Shown here one piece after another: positions 40,578 to 49,142 of a stretch of DNA of 64,000 bases (its first letter is position 1; each line of letters begins with the position of its first letter). Under the pieces are notes generated by a model. That model ran no database searches, was not told where the DNA came from, and saw nothing but the letters and a program-made list of their open reading frames with translations. Source of the stretch: an uncultured virus (IMG/VR IMGVR_UViG_3300029305_010146) (taxonomy: Duplodnaviria > Heunggongvirae > Uroviricota > Caudoviricetes); the IMG/VR virus record IMGVR_UViG_3300029305_010146; one strand, given 5' to 3'. Position numbers and translations under genes: made by a program.

Positions 40578-40661
40578 ATGAAAAACTTCACCACATCAAC
40601 AAGTCCATACGGTACATCGTCCAGTGCTACAACAATTCATAATGTGTCACTGTCTTTTTGA
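40578..40661 (+). CDS. Leader peptide 3 (Thr/Ser-rich, 27 aa)
   Basis: AAAGGT RBS; MKNFTTSTSPYGTSSSATTIHNVSLSF. Confidence 0.8.
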   Translation: MKNFTTSTSPYGTSSSATTIHNVSLSF

Positions 40662-40693
40662 CATGCATTAAATGCATATGTGCAGATTAGATT

Positions 40694-40732
40694 GCCAGTG
40701 ACCACACTATGTGATTACTGGTTTATTTTTTT
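40694..40732 (+). terminator. Attenuator terminator 3
   Basis: GCCAGTGACCACA/TGTGATTACTGGT stem plus T tract abutting tRNA-Thr; 5' arm pairs with TGTGTCACTG in the leader. Confidence 0.8.
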
Positions 40733-40806
40733 GCAGATATAGTTTAATGGTAGAATAGTTGTTTCGTAATCATCAGATGTCAGTTCGATTCTGACTATCT
40801 GCTCCA
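40733..40806 (+). tRNA. tRNA-Thr(CGT), weak anticodon stem
   Basis: GCAGATA/TATCTGC, loop TTCGTAA, CCA; two T-T mismatches in the anticodon stem. Confidence 0.72.
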
Positions 40807-40810
40807 ATAT

Positions 40811-40886
40811 GCTGGTGTAGCTCAATAGGCAGAGCAATTGATTTGTAATCAATAGGTTGCAGGTTCAATTCCTGTCACCAGCTCCA
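40811..40886 (+). tRNA. tRNA-Thr(TGT)
   Basis: ATTGA-TTTGTAA-TCAAT, CCA. Confidence 0.94.
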
Positions 40887-41340
40887 GAGTGGTTCGACTA
40901 GTTAGATAGCACTTCCGCCCTTAAAGAAAGCCATCTAACAGGATGACAACCTTGCAGTTATCAATAAGCGAATGAGTAGTGGTATATTGAAAGTTCAAAC
41001 TGTTGGTAACAAAATAGTCAATATGCCTTAATGTGTTGTAGAAACTTGCGAAGACTACAACCACCTGCAAACTTCAGTGAGCAGGCGGATACATACATAA
41101 AAGACTTCCGACGGTGAACCCTTTTGAAGCACTGTGTTTTAGGCGGTCATTTATTATAGGGTATATGAGAGTGTTTGTTATAAGAGCATAGTGCTCTTGC
41201 ATGCAAGCAGATATTCCCATATATCACTAAATAAATGATGAACAGCCGAGTTAAGCAGGTAAGCATATTGGTTGCAAACGATATGGTTTTTGGTGGGCAG
41301 GATGAGAAAAGGGCTGGAAGAACGACATCTAACCGTTTTC
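40887..41340 (+). ncRNA. Candidate large structured ncRNA
   Basis: No ORF of 60 aa or more, several helices, 5' and 3' ends partly complementary. Confidence 0.45.
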
Positions 41341-41343
41341 TAT

Positions 41344-41419
41344 GCTGGTGTAGCTCAATAGGCAGAGCAATTGATTTGTAATCAATAGGTTGCAGGTTCG
41401 ATTCCTGTCACCAGCTCCA
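41344..41419 (+). tRNA. tRNA-Thr(TGT)
   Basis: One-nt variant of 40811-40886. Confidence 0.94.
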
Positions 41420-41812
41420 AGGGTTTGTAACAAATGTGGTTCCCTAACAAAAATAAACTTCATTTGTAGTCGCACGGACTTAACGTGCAATACCGATTAT
41501 AAACACTAATGTGTTTCTAATATCTGGTGAACTCTACCAACCTTTCTAAATGGGAGATAGTCCAAAAGCACACCCGTGTGAGGATGAGACAAGTGAGATA
41601 GTTTGTAACCCAGAAGACGAACAGAGAGTTACAAATGACACCTTGAGACAGTGGGGTTTGAAGAAACTGTCGGTTTCGTGAGTTTTCGAAGGCTTTCACA
41701 ATTCAAGTATCGAATACAATAATGTTGGCGAGAATAGGACGATATGGGTAGTTACTATGACATCGCAAAATTGTTTTTAATAACACTTCACTGGCATTTT
41801 CGAAGTGTATAT

Positions 41813-41930
41813 GACCGTAAGTGGAAGTAAGTAACGGAGTAATTAACCGTGAAAGCGAGAACACCGCCCTATGCTAGTTAAGGGGTAGAGAGTTGTACGA
41901 GAACGGGTTTGAGTCCTGACACGGTTGCCA
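41813..41930 (+). ncRNA. Expanded tRNA-like RNA ending in CCA
   Basis: GACCGT/ACGGTT+GCCA, CGGG-TTTGAGT-CCTG T arm, enlarged D and anticodon loops. Confidence 0.55.
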
Positions 41931-41939
41931 TATTTTTTC

Positions 41940-42070
41940 AGATGTGTGGTGTAAAAGTACGATACATAAAATAGCACACCCTGTAGTTGATAACCATAAT
42001 AACCTTTCTATGATACGGCAGAAAGGGGCAGGGAAATCCTACTTGGAGAATCGGGAGTGTAGGCACATCT
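41940..42070 (+). ncRNA. tRNA-geometry RNA with all three loops enlarged
   Basis: AGATGTG/CACATCT, GTGT/GCAC, CCCTG/CAGGG, CCTAC/GTAGG with canonical 2/1/4-nt junctions. Confidence 0.55.
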
Positions 42071-42077
42071 TTTTAAT

Positions 42078-42153
42078 GCAGGTATAGTATAGTTGGTTAG
42101 TATGCGACATTGCCAATGTTGCGGCGCGGGTTCGAGTCCCGCTACTTGCTCCA
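42078..42153 (+). tRNA. tRNA-Gly(GCC)
   Basis: CGACA-TTGCCAA-TGTTG, T discriminator, CCA. Confidence 0.9.
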
Positions 42154-42159
42154 TTATTT

Positions 42160-42247
42160 GGAGAGTTGTCCGAGCGGTTTATGGAGCACGACTTGAAATC
42201 GTGTGATACCTTTGCGGGTACCCAGGGTTCGAATCCCTGACTCTCCG
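42160..42247 (+). tRNA. tRNA-Ser(TGA), CCA not encoded
   Basis: Type II cloverleaf, CACGA-CTTGAAA-TCGTG. Confidence 0.93.
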
Positions 42248-42319
42248 ACCACACAAGATAAGAACCTTCACGTTGGTGTGTGGTGTTAAACCCGTCCTCG
42301 AACGGTAACTAATCTTATC
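42248..42319 (+). ncRNA. HDV-like (theta-type) ribozyme
   Basis: P1 ACCACAC/GTGTGGT, P2 GATAAGA/TCTTATC, P3 ACC/GGT, P4 CCGT/ACGG, J4/2 CTAA. Confidence 0.8.
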
Positions 42320-42332
42320 AAACTCCCAGCAT

Positions 42333-42421
42333 GGAGAAATGTCAGAGTTCGGTTGAATGAGCCCGCCTCGAAAGCGGGTAACCCTGAAAGGGGTTCGGGG
42401 GTTCAAATCCCTCTTTCTCCG
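42333..42421 (+). tRNA. tRNA-Ser(CGA), CCA not encoded
   Basis: CCCGC-CTCGAAA-GCGGG, long variable arm. Confidence 0.92.
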
Positions 42422-42459
42422 AAGATACTCCTCTTTTCCCAGAAGAGGTTTATATATAT

Positions 42460-42548
42460 GGAGTGGTCGCATAGTAGGTCTAGTGCAGCGGTTTGCTAAA
42501 CCGCCGACCGTTTATAGCGGTCCGAGAGTTCGAATCTCTCCCACTCCG
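42460..42548 (+). tRNA. tRNA-Ser(GCT), CCA not encoded
   Basis: GCGGT-TTGCTAA-ACCGC, long variable arm. Confidence 0.92.
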
Positions 42549-42620
42549 AGTGTACAAGATAAGAACCTTCACGTCGGTGTACACTGTTAAATCCGTCTTT
42601 GAACGGTAACTAATCTTATC
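42549..42620 (+). ncRNA. HDV-like (theta-type) ribozyme, second copy
   Basis: Same fold; P1 AGTGTAC/GTACACT shows compensatory changes relative to copy 1. Confidence 0.8.
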
Positions 42621-42633
42621 AACAACCGAACAT

Positions 42634-42726
42634 GGTAGCGTGTCCGAGTGGTTTATGGTGCTCGCCTGGAAAGCGGGTAGTCGTTGTTGAGACGGCTCGC
42701 AGATTCGAATTCTGCCGCTACCGCCA
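42634..42726 (+). tRNA. tRNA-Ser(GGA)
   Basis: CTCGC-CTGGAAA-GCGGG, CCA. Confidence 0.93.
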
Positions 42727-42732
42727 AAAAAC

Positions 42733-42765
42733 AAATCCCAAGCAATTAACTTGCTTGGGATTTTT
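42733..42765. terminator. Bidirectional terminator closing tRNA operon 3
   Basis: AAATCCCAAGCAA/TTGCTTGGGATTT. Confidence 0.8.
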
Positions 42766-43501
42766 CTATTTCTTCAATCTTTTCTAAAATGAACGAATAC
42801 CATTCTTGATATAAATATCCTTTTAAGTGCACTCCGTCACCAGTTTGTTCAAACAATAGCATATCACCAAAAAACTCACTGTTATCAATATAATACAAAC
42901 CCTGTTCGAAAGAAATCTCTTTCAACCATTTATTCATTTCTTTGACATTGTTGTTATTGATTCTGTCGCCAATACTGTCTCTGTATGCAGACACAGGTGG
43001 CGCACTCAATATAATAATTATAGCATCTTCATTTGCTTTGTAGATTTCTTTACAAAGAATAGATATTTCATTGAACATAGTCTGTTTGGTTACAGCACCA
43101 AGTTCGTTTGTTCCAAATCCAATAGCAACCACATCAAAATTTTTATTTTTAATCTCATTGTATTTGCCACTTTCTCTCATCGATTGTAAAGTAGCACCGC
43201 CAACTGCTATAAATTCAGAACCCTCTGTTGTCAACTGAATCCCGTTAATTAAGGAGTTTCCCACAAACAAAATATCATCTAATTTTTTGATTTGCTCTTT
43301 TTCAATAAGTGTAACACTTTCTGTCTTTTGTTCTTCCGTTGGTTTCTCAAACTTGTGCTCTTCTGACGGAAAAGTAGATGCTTGTGAATTATATGTAACA
43401 GGTTTGTTGTTAACCTTGTTTTCAGAAACACTTGTTGCATTCATTCCGTATATAACAAAAAATGATACAATTATTAAAAATACTATTACTAAACGTTTCA
43501 T
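42746..43501 (-). CDS. Secreted SGNH/GDSL hydrolase
   Basis: FVGNSL, GTNE, DGVH. Confidence 0.8.
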   Translation of the reverse strand: MKRLVIVFLIIVSFFVIYGMNATSVSENKVNNKPVTYNSQASTFPSEEHKFEKPTEEQKTESVTLIEKEQIKKLDDILFVGNSLINGIQLTTEGSEFIAVGGATLQSMRESGKYNEIKNKNFDVVAIGFGTNELGAVTKQTMFNEISILCKEIYKANEDAIIIILSAPPVSAYRDSIGDRINNNNVKEMNKWLKEISFEQGLYYIDNSEFFGDMLLFEQTGDGVHLKGYLYQEWYSFILEKIEEIEKSQAS

Positions 43502-43546
43502 ACGGCACCTCCATTATAGCAATTATACAACATTTCGTATTTTTTG

Positions 43547-44437
43547 TCAACTTTCACCAATTAACCACATAAATATATCAGATTTATTATCGTTATTTTC
43601 GTCTAAATTAAACACATCATACGGCAAACTGCCATGTGAACTATTCATAACAATTGTTTGTGCCTCGCCAAATTCTTTCTTAAAACGGTTCGTCATATAA
43701 CTATAACTTCCACTATCTTCTCCGTAATTAGGATGTCCGACAAAACCTATAATTGGAACTGTGATATCTTTAATATCGGCATTACACGGATATCCGCTCA
43801 ATACAACTGCTCTGGAAAACACATCTGGCATTTTAGCAACCATATATTGTGTCCCAAGTCCGCCAAGACTTGCACCTGTTATAGAAATATTGTTTTCATC
43901 AATACTATAATTTTCTTTCATATAGTTGATAATTGCCATAATTCTATTAGCATCTCGTTCACAATTCCAACTACCGCCCGAAGTCAAAATAGGACAAACT
44001 ACATAAGCATTAAATCCATCAAATTCCCAATTGTCAAGCATTTTGGGAATAAATTTCGAACGATAAGTTTTTTCCGATGCACCGCATTCTCCCGAACCAT
44101 GTAACCAAAATATAACTGGTATATCTTTTTCATATTCTGCACTTGAAGGAGTGAATAATAAAAATGTCAATAAACCATCTTCGTGAATAAATTCTCCACT
44201 AAAAGTGATTTCGCTCAATGCCTCATTTTCTTCAACAAAAATAACTTCCTCGATTTCAATTGGTTCTGTAATCTGAATAAATTCCTCATACATTTCCTCT
44301 CCAACTACCGTTGGTCTGTTTTCAACCGAATCCATACCTCTGCCATAAACAGTCACCGTTAGCATTGCTATTAAGGAAATAAATGTAATCATAAGAACCA
44401 CAAGACTTCCTTTTAAAAATTTGTACATATTATACAC
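43547..44437 (-). CDS. Secreted alpha/beta hydrolase
   Basis: WLHGSGE, GASLGG. Confidence 0.8.
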   Translation of the reverse strand: MYNMYKFLKGSLVVLMITFISLIAMLTVTVYGRGMDSVENRPTVVGEEMYEEFIQITEPIEIEEVIFVEENEALSEITFSGEFIHEDGLLTFLLFTPSSAEYEKDIPVIFWLHGSGECGASEKTYRSKFIPKMLDNWEFDGFNAYVVCPILTSGGSWNCERDANRIMAIINYMKENYSIDENNISITGASLGGLGTQYMVAKMPDVFSRAVVLSGYPCNADIKDITVPIIGFVGHPNYGEDSGSYSYMTNRFKKEFGEAQTIVMNSSHGSLPYDVFNLDENNDNKSDIFMWLIGES

Positions 44438-44533
44438 CTACCTAAATATAATGGTATAAGTAATTATAATCATTTTGTGTACTCTGTCAATAGAAAAAAC
44501 GGATGAATTTTACACATCCGTTTTGTCTTTTTT

Positions 44534-46732
44534 CTATGCTATTTTGTGCTTCTTGACGATAATAGAATCATCTTCCATAAAATACCCTGCATAAGGATTA
44601 GTGCAAGGACTTAATTTGTTTTTGTTCCACACAACATCTCTTGTTTTAACATTGAGTTTTTTATCTTCAATCCATCTCGTCAAGAACTCCAAAGTACTTT
44701 TTGAAGATACCATATAATTGTTTTTACACTTGACTTGATAGAGTGAACCATCTCTATTCATTTCGATAGTAACATATTCTTTATCTGGATTACTCTTCTT
44801 TCGAAGGAACATAATAATGGTAGAACCTTGCATAAAACTATCTACATAGGTACCAACACAGTGATTCATTCGACTACCTTCCATAATAATTTCATCTGTG
44901 CCACTCGGTAATCTAATGTCAAAGTTGTCATCAGAGTATTCCCACTTCTTATGCTTTTTGCAGATTTTATCAAATCTTTCTGCAGGATACTGCTTAAATT
45001 TTGCTAAACACATTAACTTATCGTGTGCTTCTTTGATACCGTCTGGTGTGCGAATATTAGATAGTAAACAAAGTTGACGATAATATTCATCATCTTCAAC
45101 ATATGAATTGTCACACATGGAATAAGAATCTCGCAAGTTATACCAAGCATAATACTCGTTTCGATAATTCTTTTCAATATCTAAATATTGCTTCCAAATT
45201 TTATCCGCAAGAATATTCATCTTTTTTGAATCTTCAATTCTCACAGCAATTCTGCTCAATATAGTAACATACTGATTAAGATGATTATTCATCAAATTAG
45301 CATTGATTGTGTTTGCGATTTTCTGTAAAATATCGATGCCCGAAAGTCCACATTGTGTAAACAGTCTCTTCATAACAGAAACATCTTCGCAATCTTTAAT
45401 ATAAGATTTAAATAAAGATAATCTTTTTAACTCTGGTTTTGTAAAGAAAGCATTTACTCCGTTTTTCTTGGTATCTTTTTTAAAAGATAAACCACATTCT
45501 GCAAACATTGCATGTAATTCTCGCTTGCCCGTAGTTCCTTGTAAACAGGTTTTAACAAATTTCCCATAACCCATTTTTTCCAATTGTTCCAAAACCAAAT
45601 ATTTTCTCGACATAAGAATACCATACACAACTTTTTCGCTTTTTTGTTTCTTAACGTGTGACATTCTTTGATTTAGAACCGTTCCTTTTATATCCAATTT
45701 AATTTTATTATCAGAAGTCCAAAAATCAGAATCAAGGTTATCACAGCGAGACACCGCGCCGTTACAATAATAGCAGGGATACACATCATTTTCGTCAGCA
45801 AAAAATCTTCCATACTCCAAAATGTTTTCTTTTGTTTTTGCAAACATTCTTACAACAAAACTGCTTTCAGACAATCTTTCATAATAAAAGTGCTTATATA
45901 CAACATCAGAAGAAACATTCTCAAACGGCAAATCTTCACTAACTGTATTCGGACTTGGAATATCAAAGATTTCGTTCGGAATATTCTTATCAACAAGCGA
46001 ATTCAATTCATTCACTTTCTTTTGAAAACGATTGTTTTGCTCATGCGTAGGGAAAAACTTAAACCAAGCACAATGATGTTCTGGAATAAAATACTGTGGA
46101 AAGTGTTTGCGGAGTAGCGACACAATATTATTTGCTTGGGATGCTATGTTAGCACGATTCATATACATCAATTGAGTTAATGCACTTTTGTAATGTTTCT
46201 CTTCCCAATAATATCTGTGTTCATTCGCTGGATATTCCGTCCAAACCTTGCCATTTTCTATATAAATTCTCTTAAATTCGCTATAACCGCCTGTTTCCCC
46301 AACATCGGGCATATGACATCTAAACTTGAAAAAACGAAACAAAATCGCTCCCTGATACTCTTCAATGCATATTCTCTCCAAATATTGAGAAAACTGAACT
46401 TTTCGTAAATAATTGAACTCTTTATCTGTCTGATAAAAGCAATTCACTTCACGAGAAACAGTATCTCCAATATACCGTTCTTTACCGTGTTTGTGATAAT
46501 ATTCAAGAGTTTCAGTTTGCTCTTTTGTATAATTTGCATGTGCTCCACTTCTAAAATCTCTTCTTTTCCACTTTGGACCAGTAATCGCCCATTCTCCTGT
46601 TACCCAAGAATGTGCAACAGTGAAGTATGCACTTTTTCCCTCTGCATATTCAATTTTCTTTGAATAAATAGTCTGAAAACCATTCATTAAATGTTCCGAA
46701 ACTGGAACATTCCAACTCATACTTTCTACCAT
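44534..46732 (-). CDS. PcfJ-like domain protein
   Basis: C-terminal AHDKL...EGSRMNHCVGTY...FLRK...TIE...QVK. Confidence 0.8.
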   Translation of the reverse strand: MVESMSWNVPVSEHLMNGFQTIYSKKIEYAEGKSAYFTVAHSWVTGEWAITGPKWKRRDFRSGAHANYTKEQTETLEYYHKHGKERYIGDTVSREVNCFYQTDKEFNYLRKVQFSQYLERICIEEYQGAILFRFFKFRCHMPDVGETGGYSEFKRIYIENGKVWTEYPANEHRYYWEEKHYKSALTQLMYMNRANIASQANNIVSLLRKHFPQYFIPEHHCAWFKFFPTHEQNNRFQKKVNELNSLVDKNIPNEIFDIPSPNTVSEDLPFENVSSDVVYKHFYYERLSESSFVVRMFAKTKENILEYGRFFADENDVYPCYYCNGAVSRCDNLDSDFWTSDNKIKLDIKGTVLNQRMSHVKKQKSEKVVYGILMSRKYLVLEQLEKMGYGKFVKTCLQGTTGKRELHAMFAECGLSFKKDTKKNGVNAFFTKPELKRLSLFKSYIKDCEDVSVMKRLFTQCGLSGIDILQKIANTINANLMNNHLNQYVTILSRIAVRIEDSKKMNILADKIWKQYLDIEKNYRNEYYAWYNLRDSYSMCDNSYVEDDEYYRQLCLLSNIRTPDGIKEAHDKLMCLAKFKQYPAERFDKICKKHKKWEYSDDNFDIRLPSGTDEIIMEGSRMNHCVGTYVDSFMQGSTIIMFLRKKSNPDKEYVTIEMNRDGSLYQVKCKNNYMVSSKSTLEFLTRWIEDKKLNVKTRDVVWNKNKLSPCTNPYAGYFMEDDSIIVKKHKIA

Positions 46733-46881
46733 TTTTTATTCCTCTTTTCCTTGTTTTACTATACTTATTATACCACAAAATGCTTGATTTGTAAAGTGTT
46801 TTTTATTTTTATTTTATGGTTGACATTCTAATTGATTTATTGTATAATATAGTAAAGACAAAAGGTTAAGGAGATGTTTTT

Positions 46882-48021
46882 ATGAATAAACTTTTATTTG
46901 TTGGTGGCAATTTTGACAGAGACGGTGGACGTCCATCTCGCCTAATTGAGAAAATCTATTTTGAGTTACTCAAATATCCTGATATTCAGACGACCTTTTA
47001 TAATGGCGGTAATGTAACCGACTTGCATGAAAAGATTCTTCCGTCTGTTATTGATTATAATATCGTTATTTGGTTTGCTAATGTTCCAAACGATGAAGTA
47101 AAGATTCGTGATGTGAAGGCAATTAATCCCAAGACTATTCTCATCACATCAAAAAGAAATGATGACAATAAATACACTTTTGCCGAACTTATCACAAAGG
47201 CACTTTCTATTAAGGCAAATCTCACAGTTGAATTTTCCAAAGGCGACAGAGCATTTAATATGATGGTGTTTGACCCTCTCGGAAATGTATTTTACGATGG
47301 TGTAGAGTTTGAGAAAATGGTATATGCACTTGTTACAAGAACAAAGAAACTCGTTGCACTTACTCGTGTTCCGTCCATTCAGGATACCGTTTCTGATGCC
47401 CCTGTTGTCCCCGTGGAAGCAGATTTCTTTAAGTTTGCACACGAATGCGCCGACATTTTTCATAATCTCATTCGTCCCGCAAAGGGTACAGAGAGATTTC
47501 TCGGCAACATGAGTTTTCGTTGCCAAAATGGTTTCCCGTCTTTCAGGGGCGAAAACGGAATTGTATTCGTAAGTAGAAGAAATGTTGATAAAAGCGATAT
47601 CAACGAAAAAAGTTTCGTTCCAACATACCTCGATGAAAACGAAACTGTTAAATATTTCGGTGATGCAAAACCCTCTGTTGACACACCTGTTCAGTTGAGA
47701 CTATATAATATCTTCCCTTGGGCAAATTACATGCTCCATGCACATTGCTTTACTGCAATCGATTGTAATACAGAAGGTTTCGCTATGTACAAGACGAAAC
47801 ACCCCGTTCCTTGCGGTGCAATTGAAGAAGTCGCAGAGATTTGCGATGCTATTGGTGATGTTGAAGAACTTAACTGCAGTAATCCAAGATTGGTTGCTAT
47901 CAATCTTGTCGGTCATGGTTGCATTCTTATGGCGAGTGATGTTTCTTCCCTTGAAGAACTCTCTTATGAAAAGGACAAATCTTTTGTGGCACGTAAAATG
48001 CCCGAAGTCTGTGAGGCATAA
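46882..48021 (+). CDS. Class II aldolase/adducin-like domain protein
   Basis: GNMSFR, KPSVD, LHAH, LVGHG. Confidence 0.65.
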   Translation: MNKLLFVGGNFDRDGGRPSRLIEKIYFELLKYPDIQTTFYNGGNVTDLHEKILPSVIDYNIVIWFANVPNDEVKIRDVKAINPKTILITSKRNDDNKYTFAELITKALSIKANLTVEFSKGDRAFNMMVFDPLGNVFYDGVEFEKMVYALVTRTKKLVALTRVPSIQDTVSDAPVVPVEADFFKFAHECADIFHNLIRPAKGTERFLGNMSFRCQNGFPSFRGENGIVFVSRRNVDKSDINEKSFVPTYLDENETVKYFGDAKPSVDTPVQLRLYNIFPWANYMLHAHCFTAIDCNTEGFAMYKTKHPVPCGAIEEVAEICDAIGDVEELNCSNPRLVAINLVGHGCILMASDVSSLEELSYEKDKSFVARKMPEVCEA

Positions 48022-48022
48022 T

Positions 48023-48337
48023 ATGAGAAAAGAAACAAAACTTGTGAAAGGAATCTTAAGGGAACTCTTCCCTAACAAGCGTTTCAGTATTCGTTTTATT
48101 CAAGCAAGACAATATTACGATACTTCCGATAAAATCAGAATTACTGTTGATGCAGAAGATTTTAATCAAATATGCTCAATTTTAAGTTCTCATACAAAAG
48201 GAATTCGCATTAGTGAAGTTGGCAAAACAACTTCGATTTCTGGTATTTGTGAACCCAAAATCTATAACTTCGAAACTCAAAAGTTTGAAGATGCGGATAT
48301 GGTAGAATTCATTGAATTAGAAAAGAAAAAGGAGTGA
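48023..48337 (+). CDS. Hypothetical protein
   Basis: ATG 48023 directly after the upstream stop; terminator follows. Confidence 0.6.
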   Translation: MRKETKLVKGILRELFPNKRFSIRFIQARQYYDTSDKIRITVDAEDFNQICSILSSHTKGIRISEVGKTTSISGICEPKIYNFETQKFEDADMVEFIELEKKKE

Positions 48338-48360
48338 ACCGTAGTTCACTCCTTTTTTTG

Positions 48361-48993
48361 TTATTCCAAAATAGGAACACAAATTTGCTCTCCATCTCTC
48401 AACACATGATTGCCACCATTGTATTCGTATAAAAGTTGAAGATAGTTACCGTCTTCAACAGAACCAAAGTTGGAAACATGCATATAGGAAGGGCAATATG
48501 TTTTTGCAATGCTCCACCAAGTATAGTACTCGCCTTCGTCAGAGCCAGCGGTAACATACTCAAATGTAACATTTGCAAGTCCCTGTTCCAAAGTTTCTCT
48601 TTCGATATTATTGCGAATGGCGATTCCTGCAATCAAAAAAGAAATACAAAGGACAGAAGCGATAGCGACAAGCACGCCACGGCGAAGTTTTGCCATATTG
48701 TACTCGCTCAAACTAAAGATGTAACCGTTTCTTGCCAACTTCTTGACACATCTGTCAAACCAAGCAGCAATACGCACCTTCAGTTTTTTCAATCCGTCCC
48801 ATGCCCACAGTGCACAGTAAACAACAGCGAGAATAGCAATCTCAACTGCAAACCATGCATACATAAAGATGGAAAGGATAATTCTCTCGAAGAGAGAGAG
48901 TCTTGCGATGAACCGTTTGTTCATCTTTTTTTCAGTGACGCCAAGGATTCTTTCAATAGTTTTTCTCATAAGTACCTCCAATTTTTCGTGCAT
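48361..48993 (-). CDS. Membrane protein with LysM-like C-terminus
   Basis: TWWSIAKTY...YN...LRDGEQICVP. Confidence 0.6.
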   Translation of the reverse strand: MHEKLEVLMRKTIERILGVTEKKMNKRFIARLSLFERIILSIFMYAWFAVEIAILAVVYCALWAWDGLKKLKVRIAAWFDRCVKKLARNGYIFSLSEYNMAKLRRGVLVAIASVLCISFLIAGIAIRNNIERETLEQGLANVTFEYVTAGSDEGEYYTWWSIAKTYCPSYMHVSNFGSVEDGNYLQLLYEYNGGNHVLRDGEQICVPILE

Positions 48994-49142
48994 AGCACAT
49001 ATTTTTCACACCTATAATTGCGCCAAATAATATGTAATATAGGATATAATAACTATAATTTTATATTGTTTTTTTATCAAGAAAATAAAAAAATGATTTT
49101 CTTGAGAAAAATGCCAAATTTATATAATATAAAATCAAAGGG

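Noticed and set aside
42248..42620. CRISPR-like repeat
   Set aside because: Only two 72-nt copies separated by tRNAs; no cas genes; the fold fits a ribozyme.
42039..42734. Short ORFs across the Ser tRNAs
   Set aside because: Translations of tRNA and ribozyme sequence.
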